Assembly: GCF_009914755.1 (NCBI RefSeq)
Contig: NC_060937.1
DNA: 64,000 nt
DNA from: the human T2T-CHM13v2.0 reference genome, Homo sapiens
Strand: one strand, 5' to 3'
Shown piece after piece: positions 12,663 through 27,018 of this stretch (its first letter is position 1; each line of letters begins with the position of its first letter). Below the pieces are notes generated by a model that saw only the letters and a program-made list of their open reading frames with translations, did no database searches and was not told the origin of the DNA. Both the position numbers and the translations under genes were made by a program.

Positions 12663-13159
12663 CACCATGATATACCACTGAGCCATAAAAAAGGAATAAA
12701 ATCATGTCTTCTGCAGCAACATGGATGGATCTGGAGGCCATTATCTTAAGTGAAATGACTCATATACAGAAAATCAAACACTGCATGTTCTCACTTGTAA
12801 GTGGGAATTAAACAGTGGGTATACATGAACATACAGAGTGTAATAATGGATACTGGAGATACTAAAAGGCAAGTAAATAGAGAGGATGAGGGTTGAATAA
12901 TTACCTGTTGGATACGATATTCACTATTCAAGTGATGAGTACACTCAAAGCCCAGACTTCACCACTACACAATATATGAATGTAAAAGTATGCACTTGTG
13001 CCCACTAAATCTGTGAAAATAAAAAATTAAAGAAAATAAAAATTAAAAATTATAATATAGTTAATTGTTAAAAATAAAAGCTATTCCAATCTTTTTCTCA
13101 CTTTTTTGTTGTTCAAAATATGACGATGTAAAATGTTTGTTTAAAGATTATTTAATTAT

Positions 13160-14145
13160 AATTTTTGTATTTCTTTTAATCTTTTAACTTTTAAAATTTG
13201 ACATAATTGTGTATGAAAAGAGAGTTGTAAAATGCTAGGCAGTTCCATTAACCCCTCATCTAGATTTTTCATTGAGGTATCATGTTTCCTTAGTCTTCCT
13301 TCAATCTTTGAAAATCCCACTGTCTTTAGTTTGCTTGTATTTGTTTGTTTGTTTATGATATTGCCATCTTTATAAAGTATTGGCCAGTTATTTTCTTGAA
13401 AGTTGCTCCATTTGCTTTTGTGTTTTTTTTGTTTATGATTAAATAGAGAATATGTATTAATGGAAAGGATGCCACAGAGGGAATATTCCCTTATCAGAAA
13501 GTACTTACTGTAACATGTATTACTGGTAATACTTTTCTTGATCACTTAGTTAAGGTGATATCTGCTAGTAATCTCTATGGAAAAGTCTTTATTTTTTCAT
13601 TAGTAATTGTAAATATGTTAGATTTTGTAAGACTATTTCCACTTTTCCATTTGTAATTACAAAAACAGTGAGGAAGATTCTTTGACTATTCAAATATTAT
13701 ATTTCTGACTCAAATCCTACTGACAAGTTTTACTACCATTTGGTAGATATAGCCTACAACTATTATTTCTGATATGACATTTCCAATAGTAATTTTCTAT
13801 TTCTCTCATTCATTCTACATTTACTGATTGGAATCTGGCTGTAATGAAGAATTGTCTCTTATGCCTATTGAGTTTTTTATTCTGTTATTAGTTTATAAAA
13901 CCATGGACTCACGGATATCTGTTTGCTTCTTTGGATTGAAATCTGATGTCATGTTATCTATTTAGTTGTTTAAATTGTTTCTACTTTGCTTTCCCCAGCA
14001 CTACAATTAACCCGTTCTCCACAGAGCCCTGGTTTGTTTAATTGAAAAATGGCATTTAGAAACTAATGTATGAGTGTCATGATTATAGCTATTGCAGTTT
14101 CACTGTTTCTGGTCCTTTATAGTGGATAGAGTTTGGGAATATAGA
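13160..14145 (-). mobile_element. L1MC4/L1MD-like 3' region
   Basis: 'ttgatcacttagttaaggtgatatctgc', 'ttctccacagagccctggttt...aatggcatttagaaactaa' are typical L1MC/MD antisense motifs. Confidence 0.75.
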
Positions 14146-14269
14146 GAGAGATACGTACGTAAACAAATACAAGCTTACACGTGAATATTCTTTAATCTAC
14201 CTATGTTGTGTGTGTGTTCCAATAAAACATAAAAGTCAGCAAGTCTTATAATGTGATGTGATGAAAATG

Positions 14270-14780
14270 CAATAGCATATATATATATCCTATATATAAT
14301 ACCATATAATATATAGTATTATAATATAGATATACTATATATAGTATTATAATATATTTAGATATATATCTCTCTATATAATGCTATACTATATATACCC
14401 CAAATGCATATAATACCATATATTTACTATATATAATACTATACATTTTGAAGACATATAGTATTATCTATTTATTAATATATATTTACTACAATATAGT
14501 ATGTATATATCTATACATAGATACAGATATACGTATATATCTATACATAGATACAGATATATGTATATATATTTACATAGATACAGATATATGTATATAT
14601 ATTTACATAGTATACATTTAGAAGACAGAAAGATATAGATACATATATTATTTGTTCTGTATATGTGTGTGTGTACATATATATCTTATATATCCATATC
14701 TATACTTAAATTTATAGATGTATCTATTTTATATCTGCATACATAGAGGGTATATATGTATTTATATTTACATTTTGTAC
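14270..14780. repeat. TA-rich low-complexity tract containing a 30-bp minisatellite
   Basis: Unit 'atgtatatat(c/a)t(a/t)tacatagatacagatat' x~3.7 at 14501-14610. Confidence 0.9.
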
Positions 14781-15670
14781 TTTTATATGCCACCTTACAA
14801 CTATAACACTTCCACATGGAAAATGAGAAATTACAGTTGATCAATTATTGGAATAAAATCAATGTCTTATATTCAAAGAATGTTCAGCTACCACACTTTC
14901 ATTACATCCCAAGATTTGCTGAAGTGTTATATCAATCTAATTAAATAATAAAGTCATATAATTATTAGTTAAAATCTTTCTTACTCATGCAGAAAATTAA
15001 ATTCTTACTCATACTTGCTCTTTTTGGGTCTATACATAGTAAAAATATGTTTGCAATACATAAAAATATACATATCTGCCATTGCCTTTGATTTTAGCAA
15101 TTGCTGCAGATTGTTGTGATTTTGCTGCAATGACTAGCATCAACTGTGAAGAAAGGAATTTTTAAGAACATATTTAAAACTGTAAAAGCTATATTCTTTT
15201 AATACCTCACTTGAAAGTTTTTCAAATATCTGCAACCACACAAAAAAGACAAAACTGAAATTGAGAAGAATCTCCATCTACCGACTCTGATAGATAATTG
15301 TATGATTTTCACATAGTGGACTTTTTATAATTTTTGATAAAAATACATAGAACGGGAAATACAATAGTCCTTTCAGGCTACAATATACAGGAATGACCTC
15401 TTTTGTATTTGTTCAATGTCATATGTTATTTGAATTTAAAATGTTTTGGATAAGCTTAATCTGGATATCAAATAAATGAATATAAATGTATGTGAGCTAG
15501 CACCCTGTCTTTATTTATAAAATCTGGCTATTTTCAAGCTATATTTTATGGTTGTCACTAGTGTCAATTACATGATCTGCATAATAACTACTAATTAAAT
15601 GCACAAGTTGGAAGTTTAGTTTAACTCCACAGTATTATTACATTACTTTTCAATAATGACACCAGTGTTC

Positions 15671-15672
<2 letters not shown>

Positions 15673-15705
<33 letters not shown>
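15673..15705. repeat. (CA)16 microsatellite
   Basis: Read directly from sequence. Confidence 0.97.
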
Positions 15706-15707
<2 letters not shown>

Positions 15708-16279
15708 CATTAAAAACTTACTGTAGAGATACACTATGTGTTTACCAAACTCAGGAATCCAAACACTACTTACTTCATTTAAGACATACATGTAGCATAA
15801 CTTAATATATTGAATTTCCCCCTCATTAAATTATTTGTTTCAAGTGGAAGCAAGCATCTCAAAGCCTGCCTTCGAAGGCTCATTTATCAAGCCAGAGTCA
15901 TCCCTAATAATAAAATGAAAAATAACATAAAATAAATGGCAGACCAATGTACCTGAAAAAGATACATACAAAAATCATTAACAGAAGGGTACTACTTCAT
16001 AAACAATTGGGATTTGAGAAATACAGTGTTGTTTAAAATTTTTTAAAGACAAACAAATAAAGAAAAAGGTAATTCACTATTTTAACTGAAGAAAATTATA
16101 TAATTACATTATATCATGAAATTTAAAGTATTCCTTTCTTAAATATATGATAGTATTCACCAGTGTAAGCAAATGGGCTTGAAAATTCATATTTTAGAAA
16201 GGGCTTTATATTAATTTAAAATTTAATGTATCTAATATGTATGATGCATACTTCATTTTGTATCTTTTCTTTTATTAGC

Positions 16280-18150
<1,871 letters not shown>

Positions 18151-18827
18151 AAACATCAATTAGTAATTACTTTTCATTAGCATTTATTACACATGTATCA
18201 GTCTTATGATATTGTATATGTGCTTTAGGATAGACTAAATTTTAAAAAGTGATTCAATTTAAGAAAGTTACTAATTAAAAGAGAGCACAAGGTGATATGT
18301 AGCCATGTCAAAATATATAAATAAGATGGGTGGATGATTAATGTTTCAGAAATCTTAGTAACTTGATTAAGAACATTGACTCAGAATTTTCAGTCCCACA
18401 TTAATAAATTTGATCCCATCTCCACAGCACATGAGCTGCTTTGTTTGTTTGCTTGTCTCAATTACCCAATAACTCCAAATCTCAGTTACCAATGGGTAAA
18501 CACGACTAATACTATTAATGTATTAATACTATTAGTGACTATTAATAGCTAATAGTCAATATCTAATACATGCAATTAGAACTAAAAAAGATACAGTAGA
18601 AGGACAACGTATGCCACTTTGTCTTCAAGAATTTGTGCATTCTGGGTTGAAAGAGGGAGAGAAGGAAAGGGGGGTAAGGAGAGAGAGAGAGAGAAGTTTC
18701 ACCTTAAGGTATTCTACTCAAAAAGCATCATACCAGCAAGAGGGAGGATGGGGTGAGTTCTACAATGTAGAAGTACACACCAGCACCCTGGGTTTGTATC
18801 TAACTCATTCCGGTTATCTACAGCTGC

Positions 18828-18990
18828 ATAACTCTAACGAATCACTACAAATCTTAGTGGCTAAAAACCAATTACAATCATTTTAGTTCCTATTATGGTT
18901 CCTATGGGTCAAGAATTTGGAAGAACTCGGCTTGATGATTTTGGCTCAGGGTCTCTCATGTAGGTGCCATCTGGCAGTGGCTCAACTAGA
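18828..18990 (-). mobile_element. MLT1 (F/G/H-like) LTR fragment
   Basis: 'gttatctacagctgcataac...aatcttagtggctaaaaac...ggtcaagaatttgg...ggctcagggtctctcatg'. Confidence 0.7.
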
Positions 18991-19984
18991 CTTGGTTAAT
19001 ATTCTGGTCTCCAATCCAGTGTATTACTAACATACAAACAAGGACAGCATTAATTATATGTAGTCACCTGATGTCCTGACTTAGAATTTGACTGCATTAG
19101 AAGATATTCTCTAATGTATACATGTGGTTTTAATAAGTCTGTTACACATACTAAGAATTTTTCATAAATTTGTAACTAGTATATTTACCATTGGACTTTT
19201 TAAAAATTTATAGATTAAAGTGGAAAAAATTCAATTGTCTTTAAAGATCTTTTTAGAAAAGTAAAAAATCAACACTTTGGAAGTTTAGAAAATTGATACT
19301 TTGTGAGACCAGCATGCATTTTTTAGATAATCTCAGAATTCACTTGGTTATTGGTAAGTCAGCACAGCTGGTACCCATGATCTTTCCAACAAGAGTATGT
19401 ATGCTTAACAAGAAAATGTATCCTTAAATATGGATTTTATAACTCAGTGAGTAAATTTTTAAAATGCAGAAAATCTGTAAATAAAGCCTATTCAGAAGTC
19501 TCCAAAGGCCAGCTATGTAGTACCTGCTAACACTATAAAAAAATATACTTTGGGTAAGGGCAAAGCTTAATATATCAAGGTAAAATTTTGCTTAAATGAA
19601 GTAAGTAGTGCTTATATTCCTGGGTTTGCTAAAAACATTGTGCTTCTCTATAATAAAATGTTAATAAAATTTATATATGTGTGTATGCATGTGTAAAAAT
19701 ATATGTGTGTATATGTGCCCATGTGCATGTTCATGCATAAAACTGCTTGAAGATGTTAATTATGAGCTGCATCCCATAGATAATAGCAAGCAGTTCCAGT
19801 AGTTGCAATTAATTCCTCTAGAAGCTTTTAAAAGAGCATGACAATAGGTGATTATAAGTCTATCTTTTCATGCCCCACTAACTATTATTGAGATCTCATG
19901 CCTATTGGATGTCTATAGAATTTGTACCATATACTTTATTATCAACTCTTTAAAGCAACACTTTGACAAGGATATGTAGGTCTC

Positions 19985-20516
19985 TGTATTAGTTAGGGTT
20001 CTCCTGAGAAACAGGACTAACTGAAGATATCAATATTTTTATGTCTATATAAAATGTTTTATTTTTCATCTATAAAAGTATTTATTATTTTTGTATTTAT
20101 ATAAAATATTTATAATGGGCAATTAGTTCACAGGATCAGAGAGGCTGAGAAGTCTTACTATCTGCCAGCTGAAAATTGTGGACCTAAGATATTCAGAGAG
20201 ATCAGTCTGAGTCTGAAGGCTGGAGAACCAGGGTAGCCAATCCCGTAGTCTCAGTCTGAGAGCATGCAAAGGCCAGTGCTCAGCTCTCATTCAGGCTGGA
20301 GGAGTGAATGGTCTCTCCTTTTATCTTTTGTTCTATTCAAGCCCTCAACAGATTTGATAATACTCATCTACATTGGTGAGGGTAATCTGCTTTACTGAGT
20401 CCACTCATTCAAACATTCATTTCTTCCAGAAACATACAGATAAACATATCCAGGAATAATGTGTTCTCTGGCACCACATGTCTCAATCAAGTGGACAAAT
20501 AAAATTAGGAATTATA
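19985..20516 (-). mobile_element. Complete ERVL solo LTR (MLT2B/C-like)
   Basis: 'tgtattagttagggttctcc...gaggctgagaagtc...cattggtgagggtaatctgctttactgagtccac'. 5-bp TSD GTCTC at 19980-19984 and 20517-20521. Confidence 0.9.
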
Positions 20517-20969
20517 GTCTCCAAATTAAATATCAAAACTTTATAATGAATATCAAAACATGGTTTGAAATGCAGAATGAGAGCTATTTAACATTACTTG
20601 GAATGGAAAAAGATGCAACTCTTTAAAGCACAAATAACATGGTAAAGTATCCATATTTAATTTACAAACTAGTGTCAAGAGGCAAAAAATTTAAAACATT
20701 ATTTCTTGTCACAGATATTTAATATGTTTGTGAATAAGCAGATGCTTTGTAGGCAATAACGTCTTCTGTGATAACAGCGAGGGAATGTGTTTGTTGATAT
20801 TCACACATTTAAAAATGTCTGCTAGTGATTCTGCCTAACAATTACTTTTATAATGTAACTTTAATCTTCTTTCCTTTAGTGTTGTCTTAAAATATTGCAC
20901 AATATGTTGAGGTGTAAGTCATTTCCTTACATATATTTTAATGTGAGACATATTGATTAATGAAGTATG

Positions 20970-21090
20970 TATATGATAGTGTTTCCATTTTGCAGATGAA
21001 GAAGCTGGACATTTTGTCAACGTAAGATTGGGTAAGCACCAGTCAATGTTGCAAAGAATTGGTGGTTAGAGAAGAGGACTACTGACATCT
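20970..21090 (-). mobile_element. MIR fragment
   Basis: Core 'ccattttgcagatgaagaagctg'. Confidence 0.55.
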
Positions 21091-21404
21091 TTCAAGTTTC
21101 TCTGACTTGCTAAGAGAGAGACAGAGAGAGGGAGAGTTTTTGCTGTTTCAGTATCTTTGTTCTTATTTTATGATCTTAGGCTAGCCTCTTGTAATTTGCA
21201 TCATTTTATATTTCACCTTTGATAAGATTAGTTAACGTAAAAGATTAGTTAATATGAAGTTTTCCTTGCTGACAAGTTAGATTTTTAAGATTATAAAGCT
21301 AAGCAAGATGGCAAATCTACCAAAGTAAGTGCCACATTTACCAAGGCCTTTGTCTGTAAAATATCAGCTGAAACAAAGTTCATTTGAAAGAAAACAAAAA
21401 TAAT

Positions 21405-21808
21405 AGGTACTTGTGAATAAATCTTATTTGGATGTAAGGCTTTGGGAGATGCAACGTTAAGATGAGGTCATACTGAACTAAGGTGGACTCTAAATTCAAA
21501 ATGACTGAGGTCTTTAAAAGAAGACACAGAGACACAGTCACATGCACAGAGAAGTGTGCTACATGAAGAGGAGGCAGAAACAGAAATGATGCAGCTTCAA
21601 GTCAAGGAATGCCAAGGACTGCTGACAACCACGAGAAGCTAGAAAGAGGCAAAGAAGGGTGCTTCTCTAGAACTCTCAGAGAGAATGTGGCCCTGCCAAA
21701 ACCTTGAGTTTGGACTTCTGACCTTCAGAACTGAGAGAATAAATTTCCATTGTTTTAAGCCACCCAGTTTGTGGTACTTTGTCAAAGCAGCCTGAGGAAA
21801 CGAACACA
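21405..21808 (+). mobile_element. MLT1C-like LTR
   Basis: 'gttaagatgaggtcatactg...caaggaatgccaaggactgctgacaaccacgagaagctag...ttttaagccacccagtttgtggtactttgt...aacaca'. Confidence 0.9.
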
Positions 21809-22114
21809 TACTGTAAATAATCGTTATATTTATCCAGAAATAATTACTACTTTTGATTATCATTTATTGACTCAAAACAGACTCTCCAACATAGAACCAC
21901 TTTGTAATCAACACAGTTGCATTCTTTCACATTTGTTCTAGGTAGAATTTCTTAGTGGTAAAATGTCGGTTTACGTTTGTCTAAAATGTCTTTATTTATT
22001 TGAATTTCAAGAAAGCACCTCAACAAATATTTGTTGAATAGTTGAGTAAATAATAGAGTTAAATAACAAACTTTAAAAAATCATACTGATCCTTTTAAAG
22101 GTCTTTCAATTTTA

Positions 22115-22534
<420 letters not shown>

Positions 22535-23738
22535 TTATGTTTTGCCTATTTATTTTATTATAAGCCATATTGTAAAATTTTATGTGCTTATAAAAACTCT
22601 TTATAACCTAACAGGTAAAGTGAAGCCATATGTGAGGTGCAAATGACCTTATCAAATAATTAGTTACTTCATACTTACTGTAATTTACAAAGAATTTCTT
22701 CAGTAATTTTATATTTATTCAAACCTACAGACCCACATGCCTTGCTAAACTCATTGATAAGATTGCTTTTTAATAGTGTTAAGAAAGAGTAACTAATTTG
22801 GCCAGGTTTCTTCCTTTCTGGCTACAGTTCTTTGCTTATTGAATGAGTATTGATCAACAGAGGCACCAGGGCAAAACTTAACCTTTTGAAATTTGGAAAT
22901 TTTTCTCTTCCAAAAGTACTAAGGGAGAGAAAGTAAAAAGTCTTTCCCTCCAAGCAACTGTAGTGTCGAGGTGGAACAGTCTGGAAGTCTTGAACATTGA
23001 GCAGCCAGGGCAGGTGTTTTGTTTATATAAACACTATTCTTTTTGGAATGGCTCCTAGAAAGAAACTCACAGGCCATTACTACATCTGTCGATCAGTTCA
23101 TTCCATAAGCCAAGAGTGTGAAAATCCAGATCAAAGTTAAGACTTGCAATCAATCATGAAATTGTAACACTTTTTTTAATGCCTGAGAAAAGTTCACATA
23201 CTTACTTGATTCAGTTGTGGTTAATAAATTATGTTTTATTTTGAATAGTCTTGGAAAAAGTAGTTCCAAAATAATTAACTTCAAATTAAACTAAAAACTT
23301 TTTTTTATTTCTTGTCACATAAAACACCAAAGAACAAACTTTTTGGTTCATAAAGCTCAAGAAAATTTTAACTGGTGGTGGCCATGTGTAATGAAAATTC
23401 ATGAACCAAAAACAACTTTAAATTAAACAAATTTTAATAATTTGAGTTTAAACAATAAAAGTCAAATTAACATATTAAAGGTACATGAAATAAGATGATA
23501 CTGTCATTACATTTCTAAAACAGCAAACATTACCTCCTGCATAATTGGCTATATTTTATACAATATGTAATAATAAGTAATCAGCTATCTTCTTATAACT
23601 GGCAGTATTAATTTTAGACAAAAGTTTAATTAATATAAGGTACCTCTAAATACAGTTTCCTATGACCTTATGTCTAAGGTTGAATAGATACATTTACAAA
23701 ATTATAACCACTTAATCATATTAAATAAAATAAAAGGT

Positions 23739-23905
23739 GCCAAGCATGATGGCTCTCTCACGTACTCCCAGCACTTTGGGAGGCTGAAACAGGAGGATCT
23801 CTTGAGCCAAGGAGTTCAAAGTTGTAGTCAGCTATGATTGTGCCACTGCACTCCAGCCTGGACATTAGAGAGAGACCCTGTCTCAAAACAAAACAAAACA
23901 AAATA
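23739..23905 (+). mobile_element. Alu monomer (FRAM/FAM-like)
   Basis: Single arm ending 'gctatgattgtgccactgcactccagcctgg...accctgtctc(aaaac)n'. TSD aaaggtgc. Confidence 0.85.
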
Positions 23906-25034
23906 ATAATAATATTAAAGGTGCTTAGTTTTATTAAAATAATGACGTAAAACTGTCAGTTGTCAACAGCACTTATAAATCCTAGTGTTCTGGAAAATAT
24001 TAGTTAAAAATTTCTATGTGAGATATTTTAATGTTCTTTCGTATAACTGAAATTTCTTCTACTTTAATATTTTTCTCAAAAAGTGAGCATATTTTACTAT
24101 AAGCATTGTATTTAACCAAATTTTTACATTCTTAAACCCAACACTTTAATGCATATTCAGTTGTTCAGTAAACACAAACTTTGAGCTGCCTACATGGAAT
24201 TGACCAAAAATGATCACAATGTAGCTAGGTGGGCATGCTAATAAATCATGATAATTTGTGATGGGTTATAAAAGTATATATATTCAAATTTCTTTAGGAT
24301 TACAGAGGAGAGACACTTCATTTCATTAAGTGCATAGTGTATGGCATGATGAAGATGAGAAACGACAAATAGAAATTTGATAGTAAAACTTGAAGTTTGA
24401 TTGAGTAACTCCAGAGAATAGTTGACATTCATTTTGATTATGAGTCAACAATATAATATGAACATGAATTTAAGCAATGTTTATGATAAATAATATCTTG
24501 AAAAATTACACTAATAATGCTATTCTGAAGACAAATCTACACCTGAAAAATAATATTTTCTTCTGGGCCCTATATTTGAAGAGAGAATGTACAATCTGAA
24601 CTTTATTCATGGCAATCAGTCATAATTATTAATAATTTGTTACTAAGGCAAATGTAGTAAGTTCTTGTTATTTTAGATTTTCATCGTTATTCTGGATGAC
24701 AATAGAATTTTGTTTTGTTCTGTTCATCCTCATAATGCACCATACTCTTCCATCTGTACCTTCCTCTTATAATCATCATAGCAGATATCTAGTTTTCTCC
24801 CCTAATATTAGAAGTTCAAAGCAGAGTCTTCGCATTCTTAGTAGTTTCATTCGTATATCTCGAGTTACAAGGAAAACCTTCTTGAATTCTAATGCTAAGG
24901 TTAAGACATTATGCCATTAATTCACTTATATTTTACTTGATAGTGGAAGACCTATATTCTTTTGCAAGGTAACAACTAGCAGTTCATTTTACTATTACTC
25001 TTGTTATTATCGTCTTTTGTAGCAGCAGACACAG

Positions 25035-25068
25035 CATCATCATCTTCATCATCATCATCATCATCATC
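25035..25068. repeat. (CAT)n trinucleotide repeat
   Basis: Read directly from sequence. Confidence 0.9.
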
Positions 25069-25429
25069 CTCACTGTTACCAACATTATTAAGAGGTCTGG
25101 GATAGTTGTATACAAAAATCTTGTGTCAGGATTTTCACTATGCCTTGATGATTCTATTGGCTTACCTGTATTTTTCCCTTTTGATAAAAGTTCTCTTAAA
25201 TTGTTTTTTTCTGTTATTTTTTGCCAGATAGACATTCTTGTGTTACTCATTTTCAAATTTGTATTACTAATTTTTTATTTACTGAAGATCAGATGCCTGA
25301 TGGAACAGCAGTTAAAGCAATTTTTAATTAAACATTTATTTATTAACAGAGTAGCTGATATTATCATGGGCACTGAAATAAATATATATATGTATATATA
25401 TACACACACATAAGTATATATATATGCTG

Positions 25430-25635
25430 TTGCATGTATTACCTCATTGAATTCTTATCAATATTAATGATATAGTCCTCCTGTTGAATATGATGTACAT
25501 TTTTATATAAAAAATTTGAGGCAGGAAAAGGTTAAGTAATTTTCTCATACTCACTCATCAGGTGGTGATATGTCCAGATTTGAACTGTACTTTGGTCTAA
25601 CGCTAATACAGGATTCTTATCTACCCAGCTCTACT
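25430..25635 (-). mobile_element. MIR
   Basis: 'tgtattacctcattgaattctta...tgaggcaggaaaaggttaagtaattttctca...gatttgaac'. Confidence 0.75.
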
Positions 25636-26311
25636 CTTATTTATTATGCATGATTATTACTTGTTCATTTTTTTTGTCTGTCTGATTTGTAATTTTTCAT
25701 GTTTCTGTATGCCTATGATTGTTCTTCCATGACAATCCAAAAAAATGTAAATTCTCAAAACAAATTCCAAAGGAATCAGAAGCCAAACAATTTGATGGTG
25801 TTATTTTGCTCATATATTAATCAAGCAAGGAAATTTATCACAGAAAATAATTACCAAAAATGAGGAAGTGGACCAAAAGGAAAAGAAAACAATAAAAGCA
25901 AGTGGCAAAGAAAAATAGTGAAAAAAGGGAATGTTAGTGCATATGTCTGTTAGTTCCACAATTGGATAGAGTCTTCATTAGCAAGACAACAGATTTCAGT
26001 CTACGCAGTCCTTCAATTGTTATCTCCTTGAATAAGCTTAAAACACCTGTCATCCCAAATTTAAGTTCCCAATTATTTGAGAAATAAGCTCTGTTAAGTC
26101 CTTTCTTAAAGGTAAAGGTGCAATGTATTTCTTTGGGAAAAAAAAAGTGCCATTTAAAAACGATATTTTCTAGTCTTTAGTTAAAAATGCCCAGTATAGA
26201 CTTGTTTGCATTCTTACCTTTAAACATTGACTATATATTTGATCTTATTAAATTCCACCTGTAGCTTTCTTTCTACATTTTTGTTTCACTTGAATTATTT
26301 TTATATTGAGT

Positions 26312-26766
26312 TGCTATAGTTTGGTTTGTGTGACCCCTTCAAATGTCATGTTATAATTACATCTCCAGTGTTGAAGGTGGGGTTTAATGGAAGATGCTTG
26401 CGTCATGGGACTAGATCTGTAATGAACAAGTTAATGTTCTCCCTGGGAGGGGGTGATCAATGAGCTCTCACTCATTAGTTTTCCGTAGAGCTAGTTGTTA
26501 AAAGGAGCCTGGCACCTCCCCTCTCTCTTGCTTCCTCTCTTGCGGTGTGATCTCTACACACTGGCTCCCCTTCCTCTTCCGCAGTGAATGGAAGTAGCCT
26601 GCAGCCCTCACCAGAAGCAGATGCTTCTACCCTGTTTCACACACAGCCTGCAAAACCATGAGCTAAATAAACCCATTCTCTGTCTAAATCACCCAGCCTC
26701 GGGTATTCCTTTACAGCAACTCAAAACAGACTAAGTTCTTATATCAGTGTTTAGAATATGTAAACA
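26312..26766 (+). mobile_element. MSTB-like MaLR solo LTR
   Basis: 'tgctatagtttggtttgtg...ttgttaaaaggagcctggcacctcc...cccagcctcgggtattcctttacagcaac...agactaag'. The terminal 'aca' is displaced by a 28-bp insertion. Confidence 0.9.
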
Positions 26767-26878
26767 CTGCAGTTCTTATAGCAGTGTTTAGAATATGTAA
26801 AAAATATCAGTAGAACATCAAAATGAGTAATCTACAACTTTAATTCCTACCCAAATTTTCAGGGTTCAAAAAGGAATG

Positions 26879-27018
26879 GGCCACGCATGGTGGTTCATAC
26901 CAACAATCCCAGCAGTTTGGAAGGCTGAGGAGGGAGAATTGTTTGAGACCAGCAGTTCCGGACCAGCCTGGTAACGTAGCAAGACCACGACCACGTCTTG
27001 TTGAAATGAAAACAAAGA
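26879..27018 (+). mobile_element. Alu left monomer (FLAM-like)
   Basis: 'ggccacgcatggtggttcatacc...gaccagcctggtaacgtagcaagacc' with A-rich tail. Short TSD ending gaatg. Confidence 0.85.

Larger units (their letters stand above)
11441..13050 (+). mobile_element. L1PB3/L1PB4-like: ORF2 C-terminus, 3' UTR and A-tail
   Basis: 'attatctgacttcaaatt...atactacaaggttatagtaaccaaaacagcatgg'. ORF 12315-12512 ([34 protein letters not shown]) is the L1 ORF2p C-terminus. 3' UTR 'cccagacttcaccactacacaata'. Confidence 0.92.

Noticed and set aside
13156-13545. 129-aa ORF
   Set aside because: Lies in L1MC/MD 3' sequence. Lys/Asn/Ile-rich chance ORF with no recognisable domain.
24984-25256. ORF with a poly-Met run
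   Set aside because: Translation of the (CAT)n repeat, with no other coding evidence.
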